From assembly GCA_965603515.1 (NCBI GenBank), contig CBFDDH010000001.1, forward strand, positions 80,568 through 144,567: a stretch of 64,000 nucleotides of DNA, read 5' to 3'. This DNA comes from an uncultured bacterium (lineage in GTDB: Bacteria > Hydrothermota > Tepidihabitantia > SM23-42). This document shows, piece after piece, positions 10,066-19,748 of the stretch. A program made the position numbers and the translations under genes. The notes below the pieces were generated by a model. That model was not told the origin of the DNA and did not search any database. It was given only the letters and a program-made list of their open reading frames with translations. Position 1 is the stretch's first letter, and each line of letters starts with the position of its first letter.

Positions 10066-11262
10066 CTAATCCTTATAAGATTGAAGAGCAGCGCCCAAGA
10101 CCTCAATTGCTTCTTTGAGATCTTCACTGTTCAGAACATAAGCAATGCGCACTTCGCTAACTCCTTTATCCTGCGACGAGTAAAAACCATTTGCCGGAGC
10201 AAGCATTAAGGTCTTATTCTTGTAAGAAAAGTCAGTCAAAAGCCATCGGCAAAATTTATCGGCATCCTGTACGGATAATCGCAAAATACCATAAAAAGCA
10301 CCTTCAGGCTTATGTGCGTAAACCCCTTGAACAGTATCCAACCCTTTGAATAACAAATTCCGACGCATCTCATATTCCTCAATCATTGGTCGCACGTATT
10401 TCTCGATATTTCGGTATGCGGCTATCGCACCCACCTGTTCAAGGGTGGGCGGACAGAGCCGCGCTTGCCCGAATTTAAGAAGCCGGTCCATAATCGTTTT
10501 ATTGTGACTTATGATCGTACCAACACGAGCACCGCAGGCAGAAAACCGCTTGGAAATAGAATCCATAACGATCACACGGTCCTTGATCTCAGGTAATGAA
10601 AGGGCACTTGTCTGAACATTGCCATCGTAGACAAACTCCCGGTAAACCTCATCCGAAAGAAGATACAAATTGTGCTTCTTGCAGAGGCTGTTCAATATAA
10701 ACATCTCTTCTTCAGTAAGCACTGTTCCGGTCGGATTGTTTGGCGTATTGATAAGTATTGCCCTTGTTTTATCAGTGATCTTCGCTTCAATAGTTTCCTT
10801 GGATGGCAAATGGAATCCATCCTCAACCCTGGTTGTAACGGGAACGAGGTTTAATTGCGACATTACGGCAAAACCGTTATAATTAGTGTAGAAAGGTTCA
10901 AAAACAATCATTTCATCACCCGGGTCAGCAACCGCCATCATCGCAAAAATGATCGCTTCACTCCCTCCTGTAGTGATCCACACATTATCTATATCAATGT
11001 CAAAACCGAGCTTTCGATGGTAATCTACTACCGCTACCCTGAGATCAACCAAACCGCCTGAAGGTCCGTAGCCAAGAACGTCTTTTTGAAACCCAGCGAT
11101 CGATTCGAATATTTCAACAGGGGTCTTGATGTCTGGCTGTCCGATGTTCAGGTGAAATACGTGTATGCCTTTTTTCTTTGCCTCTTCGGCAAAAGGGACG
11201 AGCTTGCGGATCGCTGAATATGGCATCTGCTCGGCTCTTCTCGATAATTTCATTTCAGCCAT
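10066..11262 (-). CDS. pyridoxal phosphate-dependent aminotransferase, class I/II
   Basis: 398 aa; PLP-lysine region SISKRFSACGARVG, NPTG motif, fold-type I aminotransferase architecture. Confidence 0.75.
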   Translation of the reverse strand: MAEMKLSRRAEQMPYSAIRKLVPFAEEAKKKGIHVFHLNIGQPDIKTPVEIFESIAGFQKDVLGYGPSGGLVDLRVAVVDYHRKLGFDIDIDNVWITTGGSEAIIFAMMAVADPGDEMIVFEPFYTNYNGFAVMSQLNLVPVTTRVEDGFHLPSKETIEAKITDKTRAILINTPNNPTGTVLTEEEMFILNSLCKKHNLYLLSDEVYREFVYDGNVQTSALSLPEIKDRVIVMDSISKRFSACGARVGTIISHNKTIMDRLLKFGQARLCPPTLEQVGAIAAYRNIEKYVRPMIEEYEMRRNLLFKGLDTVQGVYAHKPEGAFYGILRLSVQDADKFCRWLLTDFSYKNKTLMLAPANGFYSSQDKGVSEVRIAYVLNSEDLKEAIEVLGAALQSYKD

Positions 11263-11343
11263 GCGAAATTATATATATCTAACTATAAAAGTCAATATAT
11301 GCAGAATTTCATGAACTCCTCCATCAGAGCGCGAGGTGTACGC

Positions 11344-11371
11344 TTGACTTTTAACCATTCAGGGATATACT
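11344..11371 (+). promoter_or_regulatory. sigma70-like promoter TTGACT-16-TATACT placing TSS at the pepA start codon (leaderless)
   Basis: cgcTTGACTtttaaccattcagggaTATACTtaagtttATG; 7 nt from -10 to ATG, no SD. Confidence 0.45.
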
Positions 11372-11378
11372 TAAGTTT

Positions 11379-12875
11379 ATGAGAATAGAAACTGTGAACA
11401 AAAAAATCACCGATTTCACTGGTGACATTATAATAACAAACTTGTTTGAGGGAGTACGCAGACCTGGCGGCGCAACCGGTACAATCGATAAGGCTCTTGG
11501 CGGCATAATAACAAAATTGGTCAGGAACGGCGAACTGTCAGGCAAGCTCGGCGAGACCACGGTCGTCCACACCTTTGGTAAGATTAAAGCCAACAAAGTG
11601 CTGATTATAGGTCTGGGCAGAGCTGGAGATTTTAACGTTGAGCGAATTCGAAAGGCTGCAGGTGCTGCGATCAAACAGGCACGTAAAGCCGGTGCAGGAA
11701 AAGTCGGAACCATTGTCCACGGTGCAGGCATTGGCGGCATTGAACCAAAACAGGCGGCGCAGGCATTGACCGAAGGCTCTTTACTTGCATTGTACGAATT
11801 CAAGAAATACAAAAAATCCGATAAAAAACCGATCACCCATCTCTCAATCGTTGAGATAGACCGCAGAAAAATTTCCGAGTTCAAAAAGGGCATTGGCTCG
11901 GGTACGATTCTTGCACAGGCACAGAATATCGCGCGGGATCTCATAAATGAACCTGGTAATAACCTGACGCCTGAGAAACTTGAACTCCGATTGAAAAAAG
12001 CGATAAAGACACTGGGTTTGAATAAAACTATTGGGTATCGGTCCTTGAAGAAAAAAGGCCTGGAAGCATTGAAAATGGGTGCGTTGATGTCGGTTACAAA
12101 GGGCAGCAATAATAAACCAGCGTTCATCGTTCTTAGATACAAAAATACGCGTAAACCCCTGACATGTTTGATCGGCAAAACTGTCACCTTTGATTCGGGA
12201 GGAATTTCCTTGAAATCTCCATCAGGTATGGCACGCATGAAGGGCGATATGTCTGGTGGCGCAGCAGTGATCGGTGCAACCCTTGCGCTTGCCAAAATAA
12301 AAGCCAAGGTGAATCTCATGACTATTATCCCGGCGGTGGAGAACATGCCCTCGGGCACTGCATCAAGACCGGGCGATATCGTTACCGCAATGAACAAAAA
12401 AACTATTGAAATAATTTCAACTGACGCAGAAGGTAGAATGACTTTGGCCGATGCGATCAGTTATGCCGAACAGAAAGGAGCCAAGACGATAATCGACATC
12501 GCTACATTGACTGGAGGTTGCGTTGTTGCATTAGGCGACATCACTGCCGCAGTTATGGGTAATGACCAACGTCTAATCAATCTGCTGCTCAGCTGTGCAG
12601 AAAAAACCGGCGAGAGAATGTGGCAATTACCTTTATTCAATGAATATGAAAAACAAATAAAAAGCGATATCGCTGACGTTAGGAACTCGGGCGGTCGAGG
12701 AGCCTCGGCTATTACTGCAGGCTTATTCCTGAAGAAGTTTGTCAATAAAACACGGTGGCTCCATATTGATATGGCAGGTAAAGAAATAAGTGAAAAGGAA
12801 AGCTTCTACACACCAAAAGGCGGAACTGGATACGGCGTAAGGACTCTTTACGAATTTATCATAGGACTCGAATAG
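11379..12875 (+). CDS. pepA: leucyl aminopeptidase (M17 family)
   Basis: 498 aa; NTDAEGR-type signature (STDAEGRMTLADA) and Zn/Mn ligands of M17 peptidases. Confidence 0.85.
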   Translation: MRIETVNKKITDFTGDIIITNLFEGVRRPGGATGTIDKALGGIITKLVRNGELSGKLGETTVVHTFGKIKANKVLIIGLGRAGDFNVERIRKAAGAAIKQARKAGAGKVGTIVHGAGIGGIEPKQAAQALTEGSLLALYEFKKYKKSDKKPITHLSIVEIDRRKISEFKKGIGSGTILAQAQNIARDLINEPGNNLTPEKLELRLKKAIKTLGLNKTIGYRSLKKKGLEALKMGALMSVTKGSNNKPAFIVLRYKNTRKPLTCLIGKTVTFDSGGISLKSPSGMARMKGDMSGGAAVIGATLALAKIKAKVNLMTIIPAVENMPSGTASRPGDIVTAMNKKTIEIISTDAEGRMTLADAISYAEQKGAKTIIDIATLTGGCVVALGDITAAVMGNDQRLINLLLSCAEKTGERMWQLPLFNEYEKQIKSDIADVRNSGGRGASAITAGLFLKKFVNKTRWLHIDMAGKEISEKESFYTPKGGTGYGVRTLYEFIIGLE

Positions 12876-12877
12876 CT

Positions 12878-13831
12878 TTGTTAATTTTTCTACTAATAGC
12901 AACAGGCTTGAACAGTGCATCAACGCCCATCAACTATTATACCCTGTCTAATCCATCATTTACTGCATTTCGCGGTAATTATCAAGTATTTATTGAACCC
13001 AAGGATGTCGGAGAGATCGCTGTTGTCAGCTGTGCAGCACGTTTTTATGACTGGGGACTCGGTTTTTCCAATATGCATGAAGGTATCGAACGGAGAAACT
13101 GGGTAAGTATCAGCCACCACCTAAGAAAAATACCGCTATCTCTTGGACTCAATGCGGGAATCATCAAAGTTTACGACAATGCAGACGGATTATTTGACCT
13201 GGGGGTCTGGTACCGGACTAAACTGTCTCTTGGAGTAAACTACTCGAACATATTGAACGAAGACAGAATACTGAAAGCAGGCCTATCTTATACATGGAAA
13301 CAGTTTATGGCAGGTGTTGAAATCGAAGACTCAACACGCACCCACAACCTAACCCCTCACGCAATAATCGGTTTCCGACAACCGGTTGGGGATTTCTGTT
13401 TGAGGGCATATGCAGGATTTTGTCCGGGGACATTGAGTGCTGGACTGGGTATCGAATTCAGAGATTTTATAAGCGGCATGGTTTTCCTTGAGGACAGCAC
13501 GATGAACGTGATCATTGGACTGCATTTCCGACCACCGGTAAAAGTAAAAGAAGTCACAGTCGTTGATACCCTATTCGTTCACAAAAAGGTGATCGTCGAA
13601 AAACCCGCGATAAGAAAAGAACCGGAACCAAGCCCGGTCAAACCGCTATTAAAAAAAGACCGGCAATACTGCGAAGAACACTACTTAAAGGGTATCGAGT
13701 ACTATGTAAGCAACCAACTCAATGAAGCGATCGCTGAATGGAAACTGGTTGCTAAAGTCTACGCTGAGTATAAAGATGTCAAGCGTTATTTAGAGAACGC
13801 GCAGGCAAAACTGGAGTTATTGGAAGAATGA
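12878..13831 (+). CDS. hypothetical secreted/outer-membrane protein (beta-rich N-domain, helical C-terminus)
   Basis: 317 aa; TTG start directly after pepA stop, hydrophobic signal-like N-terminus, alternating hydrophobic pattern, TPR-like C-terminal helices; start uncertain. Confidence 0.35.
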   Translation: MLIFLLIATGLNSASTPINYYTLSNPSFTAFRGNYQVFIEPKDVGEIAVVSCAARFYDWGLGFSNMHEGIERRNWVSISHHLRKIPLSLGLNAGIIKVYDNADGLFDLGVWYRTKLSLGVNYSNILNEDRILKAGLSYTWKQFMAGVEIEDSTRTHNLTPHAIIGFRQPVGDFCLRAYAGFCPGTLSAGLGIEFRDFISGMVFLEDSTMNVIIGLHFRPPVKVKEVTVVDTLFVHKKVIVEKPAIRKEPEPSPVKPLLKKDRQYCEEHYLKGIEYYVSNQLNEAIAEWKLVAKVYAEYKDVKRYLENAQAKLELLEE

Positions 13832-13869
13832 ATTGTACGATCTCAGCAAGCTTAAAGAAAGGAGCAACA

Positions 13870-14252
13870 ATGAGGAAATTGAAAATCGGCGATTTAGAAA
13901 AAACAAGAAAAAAAGTAAGAAGAACAGCTAATCTGAGACAAAGCAAAGCAAAAGCTAAAATAACAGTACACTTGGGGACTTGTGGTATTGCTGCAGGAGC
14001 ACGCGAAATTCTTACCACCTTGATGACTGAAATAGATAAAAAAATATAAAGGACGTCATCGTTACCACATCAGGATGCGCTGGACTGTGCAGTCGTGAAC
14101 CAATGGCTACGGTCGAGATAAGTGGCAAACCGCCAGTGAAGTATGCAGATCTCAACGTAAGCAAGATGAAAAAAATTCTCGCGAACCATGTATTCAAAGG
14201 AACTGTTGTCGTTGAGTATGCTCTCGCCGTAGATAGTGAAAGAACACATTAG
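13870..14252 (+). pseudogene. thioredoxin-like [2Fe-2S] ferredoxin (NuoE/HndB-like), interrupted by frameshift in A7 run
   Basis: SD AAAGGAG then ATG at 13870; reading frame stops at 14047-14049 inside aaaaaaa; downstream frame continues KDVIVTTSGCAGLCSREPMATVEISGKPPVKYADL...; one extra A restores a ~127 aa ferredoxin. Confidence 0.5.
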
Positions 14253-14354
14253 ATACTATGCTATTAGCAAAGAAATCTGGAAATAACAGACATATGTATC
14301 CCCGCTTTCTTTCCACTTTGAGTAAGATGATTAGAAATAGGCTGATTCTGATAC

Positions 14355-14382
14355 TTGACAGATACCGATTTCTAAGTATGAT
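14355..14382 (+). promoter_or_regulatory. sigma70-like promoter upstream of gdhA (TTGACA-16-TATGAT)
   Basis: Sequence cTTGACAgataccgatttctaagTATGATa about 140 nt upstream of gdhA ATG. Confidence 0.4.
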
Positions 14383-14522
14383 ACATACGTATTATTGAAA
14401 TGCTTAAAATACCCTACAGTTACACAGAAACACGGGTATTGAACAAACAACAGATCTTTCTAATATAGAAAATCTGTTAATGAGTAAACCAGGAAGCAAA
14501 GACATAATAAAAGGAAGGAGTT

Positions 14523-15779
14523 ATGGCAAAAAGTTTATTTGTAACAGCAATAGAAACACTTGATAGTGTTGCGAAAATGGTGAATCTCGATCCGAATATT
14601 CTTGCTGTTCTAAAAGAACCAGAAAGGGAACTGAAAGTCGCAATTCCAGTTAATATGGATGATGGACATACCGAGGTGTTTACAGGCTATAGAGTGCAGC
14701 ATTCAAGTGTAAGAGGACCCTGCAAAGGGGGAATAAGATACCATCCAGATGTTACCCTGGACGAGGTCAAAGGTCTCGCAACGCTAATGACACTCAAATG
14801 TGCAGTTGTAAATCTTCCCTATGGTGGAGCCAAAGGCGGGGTCAAGTGTGATCCGTTCAAAATGTCAAGAAGAGAGATTGAAAACCTGACGAGACGTTAT
14901 ACGGTAATGATTATGCCAATTATTGGTGGCAGAAGGGATATCCCGGCTCCTGATGTCAACACAAATCCAGAGACGATGGGATGGATAATGGATACGGTCA
15001 GTATGTTTGAGGGACGGACTGTCCTCGAAATCGTTACGGGCAAACCACCTGACCTGGGCGGTTCATGCGGCAGATTTGAAGCAACTGGAAGAGGCGTAAT
15101 GCTTTCGACCATCCAGGCGCTCAAGAAAAAGAGATGTGATCCAGAGAAAACAACCGTGGCGATCCAGGGTTTTGGCAATGTAGGATCAATTGCAGCAAAG
15201 CTTCTCGTTGAAAAAGGATGTAAGATTGTTGCAGTGAGTGACGTCACAGGTGGTTTCTACAATCCCAAGGGACTGGACATGGAGAGTATATTCAAACACG
15301 TTGAATCCTCAGAGAATCACCTGCTGAAAGGCTATCAGAAGAAAGGCACTGAACCGATTTCCAACGAGGAGTTGCTTTTACTGGATGTTGATGTGCTAAT
15401 CCCGGCTGCGTTGGAAAATCAAATCACCGAAAAGAACGCCTCCAAAGTCAAAGCCAAGTTCATTGTTGAAGGTGCAAATGGTCCCACTACAACAGAGGGA
15501 GACGAAATTCTTGATGATAAAGGAACAATTGTGATACCGGATATATTAGCGAATAGTGGTGGTGTCATAGTCTCATACTTTGAATGGGTGCAAGGCCTGC
15601 AGTGTTTTTTCTGGGATGTTAGCCAAGTTAATTCACACCTTGAAAAAATTATGACAAATGCTTTTGATAGTGTCTGGACACTTGCTCAGGAAGAAAAAAC
15701 GAACGTAAGAAATGCCGCTTTTATGATTGCTCTTGAAAGAGTAGCGAATGCACTCCGCGAACGGGGAATCTTTCCATAA
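14523..15779 (+). CDS. gdhA: NAD(P)-specific glutamate dehydrogenase
   Basis: 418 aa; Glu/Leu/Phe/Val dehydrogenase active-site region KGGIRYHPDVTLDEVKGLATLMTLKCAVVNLPYGGAKGG; SD AAGGAGG. Confidence 0.9.
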   Translation: MAKSLFVTAIETLDSVAKMVNLDPNILAVLKEPERELKVAIPVNMDDGHTEVFTGYRVQHSSVRGPCKGGIRYHPDVTLDEVKGLATLMTLKCAVVNLPYGGAKGGVKCDPFKMSRREIENLTRRYTVMIMPIIGGRRDIPAPDVNTNPETMGWIMDTVSMFEGRTVLEIVTGKPPDLGGSCGRFEATGRGVMLSTIQALKKKRCDPEKTTVAIQGFGNVGSIAAKLLVEKGCKIVAVSDVTGGFYNPKGLDMESIFKHVESSENHLLKGYQKKGTEPISNEELLLLDVDVLIPAALENQITEKNASKVKAKFIVEGANGPTTTEGDEILDDKGTIVIPDILANSGGVIVSYFEWVQGLQCFFWDVSQVNSHLEKIMTNAFDSVWTLAQEEKTNVRNAAFMIALERVANALRERGIFP

Positions 15780-16096
15780 AGGATTCGAGTAAACGTGAAA
15801 TAATCATAGTGTTGCAGATAACTATTCTTTCAAGAAGAGACAATAGAACGTTCTTCACCAGCTAAAACGGAAATGCAAGGGAATTTTCTCTCTGATTCAA
15901 ATTTCTCTACTGGTCATTTCTCTATATCAGTAATCAAAGCAATGGCTGAAGAACTGCAAATATTCACTTCAAATCTATCTGAAGAGTTTTTCAGGAATTA
16001 AGTCCGGATAACGGATGAAATTGGAAGCTTTGAGTAGCACTAGATAACGAAAGGCGATACATTGTTAAGGTCGAGCATTAAGCGTAGAGCAAAAAC

Positions 16097-16127
16097 AAAA
16101 GGGGCGGTTTTTCAACCGCCCCTTTAA
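16097..16127. terminator. bidirectional rho-independent terminator hairpin
   Basis: aaaaGGGGCGGTTtttcAACCGCCCCtttaa: GC-rich 10-bp stem flanked by A-run and T-run, between convergent gdhA and flavoprotein genes. Confidence 0.7.
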
Positions 16128-16147
16128 TGCATTACACACGCTATTCG

Positions 16148-17803
16148 TTAGAACACATCAATCATACGTGCAAGCACTGCCTTACCACGGTATTCAGGGA
16201 GTAAAATAGGTGCCTTACGGGTCGTATCAACCCCGGCCTCTTTAAGCAGCTTCACATAGTTATTCATGTGGTCGATCGTCAATTTGCCGTGCTGTGGATT
16301 AGATTTTAGATATTCTGCGGTTGAAATCCCTGACCTTCGACCAAAGACAAGACAGTCAAGGGTTGAGTTACCCATGAGACGGTTCTTACCGTGCACACCA
16401 CCAGAAACCTCACCAGCAACCCAAAGACTATCAATATTGGTTTTACCCCAGGGGTCAGTCTCAACACCGCCATTTTGATAATGTAATGTTGGGAAAACAA
16501 GAACCGGGTCCTTACATATATCAAGATCAAAACGCTCGAACATCCTAAACATACCCGGGAATGATTTTTCTATCGTCCCTTTACCGTTCCGAAGTTCGAT
16601 CATCGGCGTATCAAGCCAGACACCGCGCATGCCCGTAGGTGTCACAATACCCTTGTCCTTTACATAACATTCCCGGATGAAACTCGCAGCTTCGACGTCG
16701 CGCGGTTCAAGCGGAAAAACGAATGCTTCACCATCCTTATTAACTGGTTGAGCACCCATACCCCTTAGCTTCTCGGTCAACAAAAGACCGATTATCTGCT
16801 GTGGGTACGCCGCACCGGTCGGATGGTACTGAACCGTATCAGTATCTCTCAGTTTTGCGCCCACGCGGTAGGCAAGGACTAAACCATCACAAGTAGCACC
16901 ATAATGATTCGTCGTTGGAAAACCCCTTACATGGAGACGTCCAAAACCACCGGTTGCCAGGATCGTTGCTTTGGCCTGGACAATCTTATAATCACCAGTT
17001 TCAAGGTTATATAGCACAACACCAGTAACCCGGTTACCATCAGTAAGAAACTCAATAACCGGAAAATACTCGAGACTGGGTATCTCGCGACTTCTGAATT
17101 CGTCTCTGATAACCCTCAGCTCCTCAAGACCAGTATAGTCTTTACAGGCGTGCATCCTTCTTCTTGAAGTTCCACCACCTGCCTTTTCCACAAAAGTGTT
17201 ATCTTTTTCCCGATCGATAATTGCACCAAGATCACAAAGCCATTTCATTATGAGCGGTGCATCTTCGACAAGTGCTCTCAGCACATCTGGTTTATTAGTG
17301 AAGTGCCCCCCACCAATAGCATCCAGAAAATGACGGGCTGGCGAATCGTTTTCACGATCAGCAGCCTGTGTACCACCCTCAGCCATGATTGAATTGGCAT
17401 CGCCGTGCCGCAGTTTATTAACGACAAGTATCTTATCCTTATCAATACCATTGTCATTTGCAAACACTGCAGCCGAAGTTCCGGCCAAACCGCCGCCCAC
17501 TATCAATAGATCAACTGTGTAATCCGGCTTGTTCACATCTATCTCATTACCCTGGATCAAAGGATAGGCTTCCAGTAAATCAACGACTTCATTAGGTGCC
17601 ATATCCCCTTTATTTAAACCCAAGCTGATCGCACGTTTGCCGCCGGCTGCATAGTCAGGATGAACCCTGAGCACTTCATCCCGTTCTTCCATGGTCATCG
17701 CCTTGGCCGTGAAATCTTTACGCTGAAGCCTTGTCCGATTGACGACTTCGATATATCTCCTCATGTACTCTGGATAACCGCCAATGAATTTTAGTTCTGC
17801 CAT
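16148..17803 (-). CDS. FAD-dependent oxidoreductase, succinate dehydrogenase/fumarate reductase flavoprotein family, with ~100 aa N-terminal extension
   Basis: 551 aa; GGGLAG dinucleotide motif, HYQNGGV and RLMGNSTLD signatures of SdhA/FrdA/NadB family. Confidence 0.65.
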   Translation of the reverse strand: MAELKFIGGYPEYMRRYIEVVNRTRLQRKDFTAKAMTMEERDEVLRVHPDYAAGGKRAISLGLNKGDMAPNEVVDLLEAYPLIQGNEIDVNKPDYTVDLLIVGGGLAGTSAAVFANDNGIDKDKILVVNKLRHGDANSIMAEGGTQAADRENDSPARHFLDAIGGGHFTNKPDVLRALVEDAPLIMKWLCDLGAIIDREKDNTFVEKAGGGTSRRRMHACKDYTGLEELRVIRDEFRSREIPSLEYFPVIEFLTDGNRVTGVVLYNLETGDYKIVQAKATILATGGFGRLHVRGFPTTNHYGATCDGLVLAYRVGAKLRDTDTVQYHPTGAAYPQQIIGLLLTEKLRGMGAQPVNKDGEAFVFPLEPRDVEAASFIRECYVKDKGIVTPTGMRGVWLDTPMIELRNGKGTIEKSFPGMFRMFERFDLDICKDPVLVFPTLHYQNGGVETDPWGKTNIDSLWVAGEVSGGVHGKNRLMGNSTLDCLVFGRRSGISTAEYLKSNPQHGKLTIDHMNNYVKLLKEAGVDTTRKAPILLPEYRGKAVLARMIDVF

Positions 17804-17815
17804 GCTTGCCCCCTT

Positions 17816-18574
17816 TTATACCTTTTCTATATCCCGCGCCGTGTAAAGCTTCCTCAAATCCTCAACCTTAGTCTGTACAAGCTTATCAAGTTCGGCATTG
17901 TATTTACCATCAGCGATCTCTTTAGCTCTCGCATTTAAATGCTCTGGAGCCGGTGTCTCATATTTCCCGTGGAGTCTTCTCCCTAACTGCGCATAATTAT
18001 ACTGGGCCAGCTCTGCTGGACAACGTATCGCACACAGACCGCACATTATGCAGTCAAAAGATAGCTCAGCCATCAAAGAAATATCACCTCTTTTCCCCGC
18101 CGCAATATACTCCATTACGTCAATATCCTGAGGGCATGCCTTTGTACAGGCATTACACCCCAAACATCTTAGAATCTCGGGATAATTAGTCAGGAACGCC
18201 TCAATACCTGGAGATAGCTTATTTATGTCATACTTCGCTCTCTCGGCTGGTGTAAACGGTATCTGGGTCAGGTACATCCCATGTTCGACCCTAGTCTGAC
18301 AAGCCATCGCAGTTTTCAGCCGGTAATCGCCCTCGATCCTATAGACGGTTGTACAAGCACCACAAAAACCTGCCCGACAACCGCACGACCGAATAAAACG
18401 GTATCCTGCAAATTCCATAGCCTGCATTATCGTAAGACCGGCAGGAACTTTATATTCTCTGTCTAAGATGGAAATCTTGATCCAATGTTCAATATCCTTT
18501 TCGTCGATCCCTGTAACAACCGATCTATTGGATTCTGCAATTGTATCCATAATCTTGCTGTCTTTTTCAAGCAT
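17816..18574 (-). CDS. succinate dehydrogenase/fumarate reductase iron-sulfur subunit-like protein
   Basis: 252 aa; 2Fe-2S motif CGCRAGFCGAC plus two cubane motifs CLGCNACTKACP and CIMCGLCAIRCP. Confidence 0.65.
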   Translation of the reverse strand: MLEKDSKIMDTIAESNRSVVTGIDEKDIEHWIKISILDREYKVPAGLTIMQAMEFAGYRFIRSCGCRAGFCGACTTVYRIEGDYRLKTAMACQTRVEHGMYLTQIPFTPAERAKYDINKLSPGIEAFLTNYPEILRCLGCNACTKACPQDIDVMEYIAAGKRGDISLMAELSFDCIMCGLCAIRCPAELAQYNYAQLGRRLHGKYETPAPEHLNARAKEIADGKYNAELDKLVQTKVEDLRKLYTARDIEKV

Positions 18575-18701
18575 TTTTCAAAAACCTCCTCTTATTTTGA
18601 TTACTTTCAAATTTGGATGAAATAGAAGCACACAGAAAATCCTTGTTCTTTCGATTGAATCCAGAAAAAATCCATCTATTATAGTCAATATGGTTCGCAT
18701 G

Positions 18702-19748
18702 TCAACTGCCGTTTATCTTATTGATGGAAGAATCAGTCAGCTTCTCGATATAGCTGACAATTAAACACTTCGTCCTCTCAATATCCTTCAAGCAAACGAC
18801 TTCCACTGGTGTATGCATATAACGCAGAGGAATTCCAATAACGCAGGTCGCTATCCCTTCGCGGCTAAACGCGATAGCATCAGCATCTGTACCTGTAAAG
18901 GTCGGCAATGGTTCAATCCGATAAGGTATGTCATTCTGCTTGGCAGTTTCAATAAGCAGATCGCTCAATTTCTCAGGTATTGTGGCACCGCGACCTATGA
19001 CTGGACCACTGCCCAGCGGATAAATCTCATGATCTTTCAAATCTGGATATTCGGCAAAGGTAACATCAACCACAATTCCATAGTCAATCGGTAAACGGTA
19101 AGCATGAATCCGGGCTCCAAGACCCGTGTATTCTTCCTGACTAGTAGCAACGAAATATATGTTAAATGCACGTTCCCGTTGCGCCAAGTCACGCATTGCG
19201 AGTATGCCACAAGCAATACCGGCGCGATTATCAAGGGACTTCACAGTACGGAGGTCGCCCTGCAGCTTCATGTATTTGCCAAAAAAGGAAACACAGTCAC
19301 CGATTTCTACGATATTTCTCACCTCGCTTGGCGCCAGTCCGGTGTCGACAAAAAATTTATCAAGCGGCAAGATCTTTTTACGTTCTTCTTTGGGTACCAG
19401 ATGCGGCGGTTTAGCAGCAATATAACCCTGTATCGTTTTACGACCATGAATCAGTACTTGCTGGGCTGGTAATATGCTGATGTCAATACCTCCCACACTA
19501 CTGAGACTGAGTCTACCAGCATCGTCCATAGAACTCACCATGAAACCGACCTCATCTATATGACAAGCTAACATGATACCACGATCTGTTCTACCCTTAA
19601 GATAACCGCTAACACTCCCATCTCTTTCAATCGTGGTCTTGATCTGCGAACGCTGCAATTCATCATGAACAATACTCTTCACATCCCCTGAATATCCTAT
19701 CCCAGTTGCCAGCGTCAGTTTCTCAAGCAGCTCATCAATGGATTCCAT
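18702..19748 (-). CDS. M42 family metallopeptidase (glutamyl aminopeptidase/FrvX-like)
   Basis: Start taken at MESIDELLEKL with SD; M42 His/Asp metal ligands (LACHIDEVGFMV). Confidence 0.7.
   Translation of the reverse strand: MESIDELLEKLTLATGIGYSGDVKSIVHDELQRSQIKTTIERDGSVSGYLKGRTDRGIMLACHIDEVGFMVSSMDDAGRLSLSSVGGIDISILPAQQVLIHGRKTIQGYIAAKPPHLVPKEERKKILPLDKFFVDTGLAPSEVRNIVEIGDCVSFFGKYMKLQGDLRTVKSLDNRAGIACGILAMRDLAQRERAFNIYFVATSQEEYTGLGARIHAYRLPIDYGIVVDVTFAEYPDLKDHEIYPLGSGPVIGRGATIPEKLSDLLIETAKQNDIPYRIEPLPTFTGTDADAIAFSREGIATCVIGIPLRYMHTPVEVVCLKDIERTKCLIVSYIEKLTDSSINKINGS

Noticed and set aside
11351-12397. 348-aa ORF antisense to pepA
   Set aside because: It lies entirely inside the well-supported M17 aminopeptidase gene on the opposite strand and has a low-complexity Pro/Ala/Ser-rich translation typical of antisense frames of GC-richer genes.
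14038-14044. Programmed -1 ribosomal frameshift in ferredoxin gene
   Set aside because: The heptamer is T-AAA-AAA without an obvious downstream stimulatory structure. A homopolymer sequencing error or a simple pseudogene is the more economical explanation, though slippage is not excluded.
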